In this document: positions 18,817 through 36,171 of the stretch, piece after piece
Layout of the letters: each line of letters begins with the position of its first letter
How positions within the stretch are numbered: position 1 is the stretch's first letter
From: an uncultured Woeseiaceae bacterium
GTDB taxonomy: Bacteria > Pseudomonadota > Gammaproteobacteria > Steroidobacterales > Woeseiaceae
Length of the DNA stretch: 64,000 bases
Assembly (NCBI GenBank): GCA_964427415.1
Contig: CAYRUH010000006.1
Location: forward strand, 7,426 to 71,425
Direction of reading: 5' to 3'
Made by a program: the position numbers and the translations under genes
Notes under the pieces: generated by a model
Database searches by the model: none
Seen by the model: the letters and a program-made list of their open reading frames with translations, nothing else
Told to the model about the DNA's origin: nothing

Positions 18817-19741
18817 CGGCCGCCTCCGGCGCTGGTTCGTCGGCAGGGTCCGTGGCGCCTGCGGCGTCTGCACCGGACTCGTCCGGCGCCTGTGTCTCCG
18901 GCTCGCCCGGCCAGATCAGCAGCACCTCACGCACCTGGTTCAGTTCGGTGGCCGGCGTGGCACGGATCGTGGCGAAGGACTCCGCCGGGTTAGGCGTCAC
19001 CTCGGTGACCTCGCCCACCGGATAGCCCGCCGGGAACGCGCCGCCGAGCCCGGAGGTGACCAGCAGGTCGCCGGCCCGAATATCGGCGTTGTTCGGCAGA
19101 AAGGGCAGGTCGAGTCGGTCGTACTCGCCGGTGCCGACGGCGATAGTGCGCAGCCCGTTCCGGTTCACTTCCACCGGTAGCGCGTGGTCCGGATCGCTGA
19201 TCAGCATGGCTTCCGAGGTGAAGGGCCCGGCGTGCATGATCTGACCCACGACACCGGTGGCGTCGATGATGGCCTGACCCTCGTAGGCACCGTGCCGGCG
19301 GCCCTTGTCGATGACGATGTCGTGACGGTAGGGGTTGGCGTCGACGGCCATGATCTCGGCCACCCGCACCCGGTCGCCCACGCGGGTGGTGGTCTGCAGC
19401 ATCATGCGCAGCCGGGCATTCTCTGACTCGAGTGCGGCCATCTGCTGCAGCTTCGCACGTATGGCCAGTCGTTCGGCCTTCAGCCGGTTGTTCTCGCGCT
19501 GCAGGTCGCTGCGGCTGATGCCGCTCTCGCGGGCCCAGCCGAATGCCTCGGCGGGTAGCGCGACGATGACCTGCAGTGGATAGATGGCGGTAGCGATCGC
19601 CCGGCGCACGGCATCCAGGTGGTTTTCCCGGTGGTCGACCACCAGTGCGATGACGCTCAGCAGCACGAGCGCCAGCGTACGGGCGCCGAGCGAGCGCATC
19701 GGCGCCGTTCTTCGCTGGGTGTCAGACTGAGCTGTCGCCAT
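18809..19741 (-). CDS. mreC: rod shape-determining protein MreC
   Basis: 310-aa ORF. Has a TM segment, a coiled coil (NARLRMML) and beta domains (GDLLVTSGLGGAFPAGYPVG). Confidence 0.9.
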   Translation of the reverse strand: MATAQSDTQRRTAPMRSLGARTLALVLLSVIALVVDHRENHLDAVRRAIATAIYPLQVIVALPAEAFGWARESGISRSDLQRENNRLKAERLAIRAKLQQMAALESENARLRMMLQTTTRVGDRVRVAEIMAVDANPYRHDIVIDKGRRHGAYEGQAIIDATGVVGQIMHAGPFTSEAMLISDPDHALPVEVNRNGLRTIAVGTGEYDRLDLPFLPNNADIRAGDLLVTSGLGGAFPAGYPVGEVTEVTPNPAESFATIRATPATELNQVREVLLIWPGEPETQAPDESGADAAGATDPADEPAPEAADE

Positions 19742-19885
19742 GCCCTTGCATGATAAGGATGTTGAACGGGTTGCAAACCGCCTGCAGGCATGCCGTTCCG
19801 CCGGGCGCCGGCGCCCGGGTTGCCGGCGGTGCAGGGCTGTTCACTGGGCGGCGACGGTGGATGGGGCCGCCGCGCTCACGGGCGC

Positions 19886-20950
<1,065 letters not shown>

Positions 20951-21084
20951 TCAAGGCAAAAAGCTACTCTAGCAACGGGGACGACATTGGGCAAGACGGC
21001 GTGTATCATTTCGCGTTCGGCACCGTGGCGGCACGTGCCGACCTGATCGACAACGATACATACGTCACAGACCGGAGCCTTGCG

Positions 21085-21372
21085 GTGTCCCTGACCAGAC
21101 AGCAAGTGGAGCATATCGCGACTCTCGCGCGACTGGAGTTCGACGAGGCGGAAATCCCCGATTTTGTCGACAAGCTGGGCAGCATCGTCGATTTCGTGGA
21201 CCAATTGCAACAGGCGGACACGGATTCGGTGGAGCCGATGGCCCACCCTCTGGACCAGGTCCAGCGGCTGCGCCCGGACGAAGTCACGAAAAGCGTCGAC
21301 AGGGACGAGTACCAGAAGAATGCGCCGGCGGTCGACGGCGGCATGTATCTGGTGCCCAAGGTCATAGAATAA
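21085..21372 (+). CDS. gatC: Asp/Glu-tRNA amidotransferase subunit C
   Basis: 95 aa from GTG 21085 (VSLTRQQVEHIATLARLEFDEAE...). The track ORF starting at 20863 overlaps the mreB 5' end and is over-extended. Confidence 0.85.
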   Translation: MSLTRQQVEHIATLARLEFDEAEIPDFVDKLGSIVDFVDQLQQADTDSVEPMAHPLDQVQRLRPDEVTKSVDRDEYQKNAPAVDGGMYLVPKVIE

Positions 21373-21519
21373 AGGCCATCGAGCAGGTATCGCCGCACGG
21401 GTCCGCGGCCGCGGACCGGTCGCGGCACTTGCCGCCCCGGCGGCGCGATGCCAGCGATGCAATCTGCCCGGTCAGTCTGTCCATAAGAGATATCGTCCAA
21501 CCATTGCTGAGTCACGACC

Positions 21520-22974
21520 ATGCATGAGCTGTCACTCGCGGCGATAGGGCGCGCGCTCGAGGCGGGCGAATTCACCGCCGCGCAACTCGTCGAGGCGCTG
21601 CTCGAGCGCATCGGTGCCCGCGACGGCACGCTGAACAGTTTCATCACCGTCACCGGGGACCATGCCCGGGCCGCCGCCGCCGAGTCCGACCGCCGCCGTG
21701 CGGTCGGCGAGGCGCGCCCGCTGGAGGGCCTGCCCCTCGCCCACAAGGACATCTTCTGCACCGCCGGCGTGCGCACCAGCTGCGGCTCACGCATGCTGGA
21801 CAACTTCGTCTCGCCCTACGACGCCACCGTGGTGGAGCGGCTGAAAGCGGCCGGTGCCATCATGCTCGGCAAGACCAACATGGACGAGTTCGCCATGGGC
21901 TCGTCCAACGAGACGAGCTGGTACGGCCCGGTCGCCAATCCCTGGGATACCGCCCGCTCGCCCGGTGGCTCCTCCGGCGGCTCGGCGGCGGCGGTGGCGG
22001 CACGGCTGGTGCCGGCGGCCACGGGCACGGACACCGGCGGTTCCATCCGCCAGCCGGCCGCGCTGACCGGTATCACGGGACTGAAACCCACCTATGGGCG
22101 GGTCTCCCGCTGGGGCATGATCGCGTTCGCCTCCAGCCTGGATCAGGCCGGCACGCTGACCCGCAGTGCGGAGGACGCCGCGCTGCTGCTGGGGGCCATG
22201 GCCGGCTTCGACGAACGGGATTCCACCTCCGTGGACGAGCCGGTGCCGGACTACGTGGCCGGGCTGGAGCAGCCGCTGGAAGGCCTCACCATCGGGCTCG
22301 CACGCCAGTTCTTCGACGAAGGGCTGGAGGCCGACAACGAGGCGGCGCTGCGCGCGGCCATCGGTGAGCTGGAGGGCCTCGGGGCGGGCGTGCGGGAGAT
22401 CGACCTGCCGAATATCGGCCTGTCGGTGCCCACCTATTACGTGGTGGCGCCGGCCGAGTGTTCCTCCAACCTGTCGCGTTTCGACGGCGTGCGCTTCGGC
22501 TACCGGGCCCACGACCCGAAGGACCTCATGGAGTTGTATTGCCGCAGCCGGGCCGAGGGCTTCGGCGCCGAGGTGAAGCGGCGCATCATGACCGGCACCT
22601 ATGTGCTCTCCGCCGGCTACTACGATGCCTATTACCTGAAGGCGCAGAAGGTCCGGCAGCTCATCAGCGAGGACTTCCGCCGCGCTTTCGCCGAGGTGGA
22701 CCTCATCGCCGGGCCGACCACGCCGACGCCGGCTTTCGAACTGGGCGCGAAGACCGACGATCCCATCACCATGTATCTGAACGACATCTACACCATCGGC
22801 GCGAATCTGGCGGGGCTGCCCTGCCTGTCGGTCCCCTGCGGTTTCTCGGCCGGGTTGCCGGTGGGCCTGCAGCTGATCGGGCCGGCGTTTGGCGAGGAAC
22901 GCCTGCTCGCCTGCGCCCATCAGTATCAGGGCGTCACCGACTGGCACCGGCGCGCGCCGGCGGACTACGAGTGA
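21520..22974 (+). CDS. gatA: Asp/Glu-tRNA amidotransferase subunit A (amidase signature)
   Basis: 484-aa ORF. KDIFCT and [13 protein letters not shown] are amidase-signature motifs. Confidence 0.95.
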   Translation: MHELSLAAIGRALEAGEFTAAQLVEALLERIGARDGTLNSFITVTGDHARAAAAESDRRRAVGEARPLEGLPLAHKDIFCTAGVRTSCGSRMLDNFVSPYDATVVERLKAAGAIMLGKTNMDEFAMGSSNETSWYGPVANPWDTARSPGGSSGGSAAAVAARLVPAATGTDTGGSIRQPAALTGITGLKPTYGRVSRWGMIAFASSLDQAGTLTRSAEDAALLLGAMAGFDERDSTSVDEPVPDYVAGLEQPLEGLTIGLARQFFDEGLEADNEAALRAAIGELEGLGAGVREIDLPNIGLSVPTYYVVAPAECSSNLSRFDGVRFGYRAHDPKDLMELYCRSRAEGFGAEVKRRIMTGTYVLSAGYYDAYYLKAQKVRQLISEDFRRAFAEVDLIAGPTTPTPAFELGAKTDDPITMYLNDIYTIGANLAGLPCLSVPCGFSAGLPVGLQLIGPAFGEERLLACAHQYQGVTDWHRRAPADYE

Positions 22975-22984
22975 GGAGGTGGCG

Positions 22985-24430
22985 ATGAGCTGGGAGACGG
23001 TCATCGGCCTGGAGGTCCACGCGCAGCTGGCGACTGAGAGCAAGATATTCTCCGGTGCGCCCACCCGCTACGGCGCAGAGCCGAACACCCAGGCCTGCCT
23101 GGTGGATCTGGGCTACCCGGGCGTGCTGCCGGTGCTGAACCGTGGCGCGGTCGTGATGGCGGTGAAGTTCGGTCTGGCCGTCGGCGCCGGCATAGCGCCG
23201 CGGAGCGTGTTCGCTCGCAAGAACTACTTCTATCCGGACCTGCCGAAGGGCTACCAGATCAGCCAGTACGAGCTGCCCGTCGTCACCGGCGGCTCGGTGG
23301 AGATCGTCACGGAAGGCGGCGAGGTGCGCCGCATCGGCCTCACCCGGGCCCACCTGGAGGAGGACGCGGGCAAGTCGGTGCACGAGGGCTTCGAGCGCCT
23401 TACCGGCATCGACCTGAACCGGGCGGGCACGCCGCTGTTGGAGATCGTCTCGGAGCCCGAGCTGCGCTCGGCGAAGGAGGCCGCGGCTTACATGAAGGCC
23501 ATGCATACGCTGGTGCGCTATCTCGGCATCTGCGACGGCAACATGCAGGAGGGTTCGTTCCGCTGCGACGCCAACGTCTCGGTGCGCCGGACCGGGGACG
23601 AGAAGCTCGGCACCCGCACCGAGCTGAAGAACCTCAACTCCTTCCGTTTCCTCGAACGCGCCATCAACTTCGAGGTGGCACGCCAGATCGAGGTGCTGGA
23701 AGACGGCGGCACCGTGGTGCAGGAGACGCGTCTCTACGATGCCGAGCGGGACGAGACCCGGCCGATGCGCACGAAGGAAGAGGCCAACGATTACCGCTAT
23801 TTCCCGGATCCGGACCTGCTGCCGGTGGAGATCGACGAGGCGCTCATCGAGGCGGTGCGAAAGACCCTGCCCGAGCTGCCCGACGCCAAACGCCGGCGGC
23901 TGGGCGAGCAATACGGCGTCAAGCCGGACGATGCCGTGGTGCTGGCTGGCTCCCCGGCGCTGGCGGATTACTTCGAGGCGGTGGCAGCCGCCGGCGGCAG
24001 CGACGGCCAGACCGCGGCCAACTGGGTGCTCGGCGAACTCTCCGCGGCGCTCAACCGGGACGGCCTGGACATCACGTCCAGCCGCATCGAACCGGCCGGT
24101 CTCGCGCAGCTGCTCGAGCGCATCGCCGACGGCACGCTGTCCGGCAAGCTCGCCAAACAGGTCTTTGAGGCCATGTGGGCCGACGATGGCGATGGCGATG
24201 CGGATGCGGTCATCGAGGCGAAAGGCCTGAAGCAGATCACCGACAGCGGCGAGATCCGGCGCATCGTGGAAGAGGTGCTGGCCGCCAACCCGGAGCAGGT
24301 GGCGCAGTACCGCGGCGGCAAGACCAAGGTGATCGGCTTTTTCGTCGGCCAGGTGATGAAGGCGACGAAGGGCAAGGCCAACCCCGGCGAGGCCAATCGC
24401 CTGCTGAAAGCCGCCCTGGATGCGGACTGA
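22985..24430 (+). CDS. gatB: Asp/Glu-tRNA amidotransferase subunit B
   Basis: Start at ATG 22985 ([15 protein letters not shown]...). Full GatB, including the C-terminal YqeY-like domain. Confidence 0.95.
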   Translation: MSWETVIGLEVHAQLATESKIFSGAPTRYGAEPNTQACLVDLGYPGVLPVLNRGAVVMAVKFGLAVGAGIAPRSVFARKNYFYPDLPKGYQISQYELPVVTGGSVEIVTEGGEVRRIGLTRAHLEEDAGKSVHEGFERLTGIDLNRAGTPLLEIVSEPELRSAKEAAAYMKAMHTLVRYLGICDGNMQEGSFRCDANVSVRRTGDEKLGTRTELKNLNSFRFLERAINFEVARQIEVLEDGGTVVQETRLYDAERDETRPMRTKEEANDYRYFPDPDLLPVEIDEALIEAVRKTLPELPDAKRRRLGEQYGVKPDDAVVLAGSPALADYFEAVAAAGGSDGQTAANWVLGELSAALNRDGLDITSSRIEPAGLAQLLERIADGTLSGKLAKQVFEAMWADDGDGDADAVIEAKGLKQITDSGEIRRIVEEVLAANPEQVAQYRGGKTKVIGFFVGQVMKATKGKANPGEANRLLKAALDAD

Positions 24431-24436
24431 CGCGTC

Positions 24437-25309
24437 TTGAGTCGGGATGTCCTGCAACCGTTCCTGTTCGAGCACCTGCCGGTGCGCGGTGCGCTCGTGC
24501 AGCTTGCCGGGACCTGGCGCGAGCTATCCTCCACCCAGGATTACCCGCCGCCGGTCGGCCGCGTTCTCGGCGAGGCCAGCGCCGCCGCGGCGCTCATCGC
24601 CAACACGCTGAAGTTCGACGGTCAGCTGACGCTGCAGCTCTCCGGCGACGGGCCGCTGGAGCTGCTGGTCGTCCAGTCCACCAACGAGCTGCACCTGCGC
24701 GGCATGGCGCTGGCCCGTGAGGTGGCTCCGCAGGCCGGTTTCCCTGAATTGTCGCGGGGTGCTCGCTGCGCGATGACGGTGGAGTCGAGTGTGCTGGCCG
24801 ACCGCTACCAGGGCATCGTGGATGCGAGCGGCGACTCCCTCGCCGACTGTCTCGAGGGTTATTTCGAGCGTTCCGTGCAGCTGCCGACCCGCCTCTGGCT
24901 GATGGCGGACGCGGACTGCGCGGCCGGCCTGCTGCTGCAGCGGGTGCCCGATGCGGCGACGCCCCTGCCTGAGGACGACTGGCGGCGCCTCGGTTGCCTG
25001 GCCGACACGCTGACCCTGGGCGAGATGCGCGACGGCATCGGTACGGAAGTGCTCGGCAAACTGTTCGCCGAGGACGACGTGCGGATCTTCCGGCCGCGTA
25101 CCACCCGTTTCGAATGCCGTTGTTCCGTCGACCGCGTCGAGCGTGCCCTGCGTCTGCTGGGCGAGGACGAAGTGCGCGAAACCCTGGAGGAGCAGGGCGA
25201 GATCCGCGTCACCTGCGAATTCTGCAACCGGGAGCGCCGGCTCGACGCCATCGACGTCGAGCGCCTTTTCTCCGCCGGCGGTCAGCCCGCATCCTACTGC
25301 GTGCACTGA
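24437..25309 (+). CDS. hslO: redox-regulated chaperone Hsp33
   Basis: 290-aa ORF. C-terminal zinc centre CxC...CxxC (FECRCS ... CEFCNRE). Confidence 0.9.
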   Translation: MSRDVLQPFLFEHLPVRGALVQLAGTWRELSSTQDYPPPVGRVLGEASAAAALIANTLKFDGQLTLQLSGDGPLELLVVQSTNELHLRGMALAREVAPQAGFPELSRGARCAMTVESSVLADRYQGIVDASGDSLADCLEGYFERSVQLPTRLWLMADADCAAGLLLQRVPDAATPLPEDDWRRLGCLADTLTLGEMRDGIGTEVLGKLFAEDDVRIFRPRTTRFECRCSVDRVERALRLLGEDEVRETLEEQGEIRVTCEFCNRERRLDAIDVERLFSAGGQPASYCVH

Positions 25310-25406
25310 CGCGGCACCGCACGCGCACGCCCTGGCGCGGTATCCGCCTTATTTCGAATCGGCCGGGACAGCGTCCGGCAGGCGCGCTATACTCTTGTGC
25401 CAAATA

Positions 25407-25422
25407 CATAAAGATATCTTTA
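25407..25422. promoter_or_regulatory. Perfect 16-bp palindrome ATAAAGATATCTTTAT; candidate operator of the downstream ArsR/SahR-like regulator
   Basis: Read directly. It is self-complementary and lies in the only A+T-rich stretch of this intergenic region. It sits about 14 nt downstream of a TATACT -10-like hexamer and 25 nt upstream of the GTG start at 25448. Confidence 0.4.
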
Positions 25423-25447
25423 TATTTTTAATGAAACTGAGGCGCCT

Positions 25448-27333
<1,886 letters not shown>

Positions 27334-27335
27334 CC

Positions 27336-31040
<3,705 letters not shown>

Positions 31041-31101
31041 TACCCTCGGTGATCCGGGCATCCCGCGGCGGGCCTGGGATCTTCAGCCAGGGAGGCCGGA
31101 T

Positions 31102-32034
31102 ATGGGTTATGGAGCGATACGGGAGAGACTCGGCGCCGGCGACATCGTCCTGCTGGACGGCGGCACCGGCACCGAACTGCAGCGCCGCGGTGTGCGGATG
31201 GACGCGGGTGCCTGGTGTGGACCGGCGTCGCTCGAGAGCGGCGACGTCCTCGAGCGCGTGCACCGGGATTACATCGCCGCGGGCGCCGACGTCATCACCG
31301 CCAATACCTATGCCTCGTCCCGGCTGATGCTCGAACCGGCGGGCTACGGGAAGCGCTTCGCGGAGATCAACCGGGCCGCCGTCGAGGCCGCGCGCCGGGC
31401 GCGGCAGGCGAGCGGGCGCAGCGACGTGCTCATCGGCGGGTCTCTCTCGCACATGGCCCCCTTCGTCGCCGGCAGTGCGCAACCGGATGCCGCGCGGGCG
31501 CCGTCTGCCGCTGCCATGCGGGATGCCTTCACCGAGCTCGCCGGGTTTCTGCGCGACAGCGGCTGCGATCTCATCCTGCTGGAGATGATGTACTACCCGG
31601 AGCGCATGCGGCTTGCCTTCGAAGCGGCGCTCGCCACGGGTCTGCCCGTGTGGGCCGGGTTCTCGGCGCGCCGGGGCGAGGACGGCCGGCTGCTCAGCTT
31701 CGCGCCGGAGCGCGACATGCCGTTCGAGGAGCTCGTCGGCGTTCTGGCCGACTACGACGTGGCTGCCGCCGGCGTCATGCACACGCCGTGCGATCTGGTG
31801 GCCGAGGGCCTCGACAGTGTGCGGCGGCATTTCGACGGTCCGACGCTCGCCTATCCGGATTCCGGCTATTTCCGCATGCCGGTGTGGCAGTTCACGGAGG
31901 TGGTTCCGCCGGGGGATTTCCTGCGCTATGCCTCCGACTGGGTCGCCGACGGCGCACAGATCCTGGGCGGCTGCTGCGGCCTTTCACCGGAACACATCGA
32001 CGCCCTGCGGCCGCTGCGTTACGACCGTCCCTGA
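31102..32034 (+). CDS. homocysteine S-methyltransferase family protein (stand-alone Hcy-binding domain)
   Basis: 310-aa ORF. LLDGGTGTEL, ITANTY and the C-terminal GGCCGLSPEHI zinc/Hcy motif. Confidence 0.85.
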   Translation: MGYGAIRERLGAGDIVLLDGGTGTELQRRGVRMDAGAWCGPASLESGDVLERVHRDYIAAGADVITANTYASSRLMLEPAGYGKRFAEINRAAVEAARRARQASGRSDVLIGGSLSHMAPFVAGSAQPDAARAPSAAAMRDAFTELAGFLRDSGCDLILLEMMYYPERMRLAFEAALATGLPVWAGFSARRGEDGRLLSFAPERDMPFEELVGVLADYDVAAAGVMHTPCDLVAEGLDSVRRHFDGPTLAYPDSGYFRMPVWQFTEVVPPGDFLRYASDWVADGAQILGGCCGLSPEHIDALRPLRYDRP

Positions 32035-32488
32035 GCCGGCTGCTTTGCGCAGGCGTTCACGCCGCAGGGCGTACAGCTGCCACAGCGGTATACCCAGCAG
32101 TGCGCCGAAGGTCAGGATCAGTTTGCCGAGGATCATGAGTTCCGCGCCATTCATCCGTCTGCGATACTCCCGTCACCTGCAGAGCCACTTCCTATGACCG
32201 ACTATAACCCGGAAATTGTCCATACGCGTCCCGGCGGCGGCCGCCAGCGGCTGGAGACCGAGACTCGCTTGCAGATGCCCGTGGCAGAGGTATTCCCGTT
32301 CCTGCCGCTGGTACGCAGCCAGATCGAGCGCATCTTCCGCTTCCGGGCCGCGGCCATGGCCCGCCTCGTCGTGCCCTCATCCGGCGATCGGCGCGAATTG
32401 TGAAGCAGTGCAGCGCATGGCGTAAGTCATCCGGGGTATACATGGCCCATGCGCCAGGAACATCGACATCACGGTTCGCGCCATCAGC

Positions 32489-32749
32489 ATGGCGATTGAC
32501 GGACCCGCCCGACGCCTCTCTTCCTGCGGCGACGAGCCGTCGCGCACCCCTCTGCCCGTCCTGCTGACCGATTTGCTCCGCACCTGCTTCGGCGTGGCGC
32601 TCGGCCTCGCCGCGATCCTGCTGCCGGCCATGGTCTGGCGGGACATGGAGGGGCTGTACGCCCGGTTCGGTGCACCGGTGATCCTTGTCATGTTCGCGCC
32701 GCTGGCGATCCTGGTCGGCACCTACAGGCGCAGCGACGGAGACGACTGA
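32489..32749 (+). CDS. hypothetical small membrane protein
   Basis: 86-aa ORF with two hydrophobic segments. No family recognised. High-GC background makes this weak. Confidence 0.25.
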   Translation: MAIDGPARRLSSCGDEPSRTPLPVLLTDLLRTCFGVALGLAAILLPAMVWRDMEGLYARFGAPVILVMFAPLAILVGTYRRSDGDD

Positions 32750-32782
32750 GAAAGGCGTCCCGCCGCGTCTCCCGTCCGCCTT

Positions 32783-33097
32783 TCAGCCGGTGCGCGCCTG
32801 CCGTTCCTTCCGGGTGGCCAGGTAGAGCAGGGGACCGAACGATCCCAGGAACAGGGTCACCGCCAGCCACGGCCACGGGCTGCGTCCCTCCCGGCGAGCC
32901 GTCGGTATCAGCCAGGCGAGTACAAGCACCAGTGCGACCACGAGGTCCGCGGCGAGCTGCCAGCCCGCCGGTCCGTCCAGCGCATGGGCAAAGATCCCGG
33001 CGTAGCCGACCCGGTACACGGCATAGGCCGAGATCAGGCCGAACGGGATCAGCAGGACGATGGCGAGTAGTCGACCATGGTTCATTGGATGGTTCAT
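32783..33097 (-). CDS. hypothetical small integral membrane protein
   Basis: 104 aa from the internal ATG (MNHPMNHGRLLAIVLLIPFGL...). Three clear TM segments. Divergent from the MmyB-like regulator. Confidence 0.45.
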   Translation of the reverse strand: MNHPMNHGRLLAIVLLIPFGLISAYAVYRVGYAGIFAHALDGPAGWQLAADLVVALVLVLAWLIPTARREGRSPWPWLAVTLFLGSFGPLLYLATRKERQARTG

Positions 33098-33221
33098 TGC
33101 GAACTCCTCGGTTGGGTTTCGCGCTATGCTCTGCGGGCGAGTGGATGACCGCAATTACCTCGCAGGTCATTGAACCGGAAGAGGGGCGGCGGGGATAGTC
33201 GCTCCCCGGGGAGGAGTCCTT

Positions 33222-34034
33222 ATGCCGCCTGTTCAAGCCCGGAATTTTCCGTCGCTGTGTCGCCAGTGGCGCCGTTTCAGGAAGCTCTCGCAGCTGGACC
33301 TGGCGCTGGCCGCCGACGTCTCGCAACGCCACGTGAGCTGGCTCGAGACCGGCCGCAGCACGCCAAGCCGCGAGATGGTGCTGCGCCTCTCGGACGCCAT
33401 GGAGGTCCCGCTGCGCGAGCGCAACGTTCTGCTGCGTGCCGCCGGCTACGCGCCGGCGTACGGTGAGAGCGGGCTCGACGAGCCGGTGATGCAGCCGGTG
33501 CTGCAGGCGCTGAAACGCATCCTGGATCATCATGAGCCGCTGCCGGCGGTGGTCGTGGACCGCCTCTGGAACGTGCGAATGCAGAACCGGGCGGCGGATA
33601 GACTGCTGGGCGCGGGGGGCGACCCAGGAGCCATGATCGAGGAGGTCGCCGTCGATGACGTGCTGAATCTCGCGCTCCTGACCGTGCATCCGCGGGGACT
33701 GAGACGCTTCATCGTCAACTGGGACGAGGTCATGCCCTCGTTTTTGCGCCGGCTGCGCAGCGAGGCGATGGCGACCGACGATCCGAAAGTGCAGCACTGG
33801 TATACGCGGCTGCTGGAGCTGGTCGGCCCGGTCGCGGACGGGGGTCCAATGCTGGAGAGCCTGCTGCCGGTGCTGCCGCTGGAGCTGAACATCGACGGCC
33901 TGGAGCTGAGCCTGTTCTCCGTCATGTCGACCTTCGGCACGCCCCAGGACGTCACCACCGATGAACTCCGCATCGAAGCGTTTTATCCCACGGATGCGAA
34001 GACGGCGGATTTCTTTACGAGGGTAGCCTCATGA
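33222..34034 (+). CDS. MmyB-like XRE-family transcriptional regulator (HTH + MmyB ligand-binding-like domain)
   Basis: 270-aa ORF. WRRFRKLSQLDLALAADVSQRHVSWLETGRSTPSREMVLRL is the HTH. It is followed by the characteristic PAVVVDRLWNV...NRAA segment. Confidence 0.8.
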   Translation: MPPVQARNFPSLCRQWRRFRKLSQLDLALAADVSQRHVSWLETGRSTPSREMVLRLSDAMEVPLRERNVLLRAAGYAPAYGESGLDEPVMQPVLQALKRILDHHEPLPAVVVDRLWNVRMQNRAADRLLGAGGDPGAMIEEVAVDDVLNLALLTVHPRGLRRFIVNWDEVMPSFLRRLRSEAMATDDPKVQHWYTRLLELVGPVADGGPMLESLLPVLPLELNIDGLELSLFSVMSTFGTPQDVTTDELRIEAFYPTDAKTADFFTRVAS

Positions 34035-34279
34035 TTCGCGCAGGCATCCCTTGGATGGCCGCTCTCTCGCTTACGCGCGTCTCGACCGCCTGCGGAGGCG
34101 GCGGCGGACCTGCCGCCCACGTCTTTATCGTCGTTGCCATTTCTTGATGTGGAACCACCACAGCGGCAGACTGGCGCCTTGTCCAAGGCGCTCAGCTTCT
34201 CGCAGAAGGTTAACGAATTACCCGGACGGGACACTAGAATGCGGCGGGCAATCACGTTGTGATCGCCCGGGAGAGCGGC

Positions 34280-35383
34280 ATGAAACTTCGCTACAAGATC
34301 CTGACTGGAGCGTGCGTCTTTCTCGTCGTCGCGGTGGCAGGCATCGCATTCGTGCTCAGCCACGAGGCGCCTTGCCCGGCGCCGCCGCCGGATTCGGAAT
34401 CCGGCGATGCAATGCGGGCATGGGTCCATCGCTGCTACGGCACCACCGAAGTGCTCAGCCTCGAGCGGCATGAACGGCCGGTACCGGCCGCCGACGAGTT
34501 GCTGGTCAGGGTCGCCGCCGCAGGCGTGAACCCCTACGACTGGCACTTCATGACCGGTTCACCCTATCTCATGCGGCTCATGACCGGGCTGAGCAGGCCG
34601 AATGAGATCCGGCTGGGTGCGGATTTTTCCGGCACCGTGGTGGCGGTCGGGGCGGACGTGACGCGATTTTCCCCCGGAGACGAGGTCTTCGGCGGCGCAA
34701 GCGGATCGTTCGGCGAATATCTGACCGTGGCGGAAGACGGCGCCGTAGCGGCGAAGCCGGCGAATGTCTCCTTCGAGCAGGCCGCCGCCGCCGGCATCGC
34801 CGCCATTACCGCTATCCAGGCGCTGCGGGACCGCGGTGCAGTGGAGTCTGGCGAAGCGGTCCTTATCAACGGCGCATCCGGTGGTGTCGGCACCTTCGCC
34901 GTGCAGATCGCCCACGCCATGGGCGCCGAGGTCACCGGTGTCTGCAGTGCAGGAAAGATGGCACTGGTGCGATCCATCGGCGCCGATCACGTCATCGACT
35001 ACCGCCAGCACGACTACACGGAGAGCGAGCGCCGCTACGACGTCATTATCGACCTGGTCGGCAACCGTTCCGTACGGGCGAATACGCGGATCCTCGAGCC
35101 CGATGGCCGGCTGGTGATCGTGGGCGGCCCAAAGGGGGACTGGTTCGCGCCCCTGAAACCGATGATCGATGCCGCGCTGACGTCGCCGTTCGTCGACCAG
35201 CAGGTTGGCACGATGCTCGCCTATATGACACGGGACGATGCGGTCCGTCTCGGCGAGCTGATGCGCGACGGGACCCTGACGCCCGTAGTCGACCGGACGT
35301 TCACCCTGGAGCAACTTCCGGCCGCCATCGAATACTGGAAGTCGGGCAAGGCGACGGGCAAAGTGACGGTCACCATACGGTGA
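34280..35383 (+). CDS. zinc-type/MDR NAD(P)-dependent oxidoreductase (quinone-reductase-like) with an N-terminal TM anchor
   Basis: Start at ATG 34280 (MKLRYKILTGACVFLVVAVAGIAFVL). ELLVRVAAAGVNPYDW, INGASGGVGTFAVQIA and the C-terminal GKATGKVTV are typical MDR features. Confidence 0.8.
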   Translation: MKLRYKILTGACVFLVVAVAGIAFVLSHEAPCPAPPPDSESGDAMRAWVHRCYGTTEVLSLERHERPVPAADELLVRVAAAGVNPYDWHFMTGSPYLMRLMTGLSRPNEIRLGADFSGTVVAVGADVTRFSPGDEVFGGASGSFGEYLTVAEDGAVAAKPANVSFEQAAAAGIAAITAIQALRDRGAVESGEAVLINGASGGVGTFAVQIAHAMGAEVTGVCSAGKMALVRSIGADHVIDYRQHDYTESERRYDVIIDLVGNRSVRANTRILEPDGRLVIVGGPKGDWFAPLKPMIDAALTSPFVDQQVGTMLAYMTRDDAVRLGELMRDGTLTPVVDRTFTLEQLPAAIEYWKSGKATGKVTVTIR

Positions 35384-35422
35384 CGGCACCGTCGTGACTC
35401 CCGCCTCGCAGGCGCAGGTCGG

Positions 35423-36157
35423 TCAGCGGCCGGCGCACACCGGGCAATCGACGCGTTTCTTCAGCCGGATCCGCCGCCATTCCTCGGTGATGGCGTCGTA
35501 GAGTGACAATTCACCGGCGTGCACGGGCAGGCCGGCCACCAGCTTCATGACGGCGCCGGCCATGGCCACGCCGAGGAGGCCCGGCACCGGCGAGAACACG
35601 CCATGGCCCTGGCAGTCTTGCAGGGATTCATCCGCTTCCTCGTAGATGCAGCGGTAGCAGGGCTGGTTGTCGTAATCCGTGAAGACGGCCAGCTGGCCTT
35701 CGTAGCGGATGGCGGCCCCGCTGACCAGCGGCGTCCGCACGGCGACGCAGGCCGCGTTGACGGCGAAGCGGGTGGCGAAATTGTCGCTCGCGTCCACCAC
35801 CACGTCCGCCTCGCGGACGGCCGCTGCCAGGGCCTCCCCTTCCAGCCGGCGATCGATCATCTCGTGGCGGACCGCTCCATTGATCATGTGCAGCCGGGCG
35901 GCGGCGATCTCCACCTTCGGTTTGCCGATGTCGTCTGCGGAGTAGAGGAACTGGCGGGCGAGGTTACTCTCGTCGATCGTGTCGAAGTCGTTCAGCACCA
36001 GCTGGCCTACGCCCGCGGAGGTCAGATAGGCCGCCGCCGGGCAGCCCAGCCCGCCCATCCCGATTACCAGCACGCGCGTGGTGGCGAGCCGTCGCTGCCC
36101 CTCGGCACCGAACCCGGTCAGCGGCAGATGCCGTGCGTAGCGCAGCGGTGTGCTCAA
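35423..36157 (-). CDS. moeB: MoeB/ThiF-family adenylyltransferase (molybdopterin-synthase adenylyltransferase type)
   Basis: 244-aa ORF. RYARHL, VIGMGGLGCPAAAYL, SNLARQ and the zinc cysteines CYRC...CPVC. Confidence 0.8.
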   Translation of the reverse strand: MSTPLRYARHLPLTGFGAEGQRRLATTRVLVIGMGGLGCPAAAYLTSAGVGQLVLNDFDTIDESNLARQFLYSADDIGKPKVEIAAARLHMINGAVRHEMIDRRLEGEALAAAVREADVVVDASDNFATRFAVNAACVAVRTPLVSGAAIRYEGQLAVFTDYDNQPCYRCIYEEADESLQDCQGHGVFSPVPGLLGVAMAGAVMKLVAGLPVHAGELSLYDAITEEWRRIRLKKRVDCPVCAGR

Positions 36158-36171
36158 GGCCCGGTCTTCGC

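Noticed and set aside
21409-21426. Perfect 18-nt palindrome GGTCCGCGGCCGCGGACC between gatC and gatA. It is similar in core (CCGCGGCCGCGG) to the one at 60711-60730.
   Set aside because: Probably just an intra-operon GC hairpin. Two occurrences sharing a 12-nt GC-only core are weak evidence for a repeat family in DNA of this composition.
31984-32154. Small minus-strand ORF (MNGAELMILGKLILTFGALLGIPLWQLYALRRERLRKAAG..., about 56 aa) with one TM-like segment.
   Set aside because: It is below the track threshold, its 3' third overlaps the end of the homocysteine methyltransferase gene, and no family or RBS is recognisable. It could be real but is unsupported.
32194-32403. 69-aa plus-strand ORF (MTDYNPEIVHTRPGGG...).
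   Set aside because: No motif and no convincing RBS, and it is embedded among overlapping spurious ORFs. It may be a gene fragment but cannot be supported from sequence alone.
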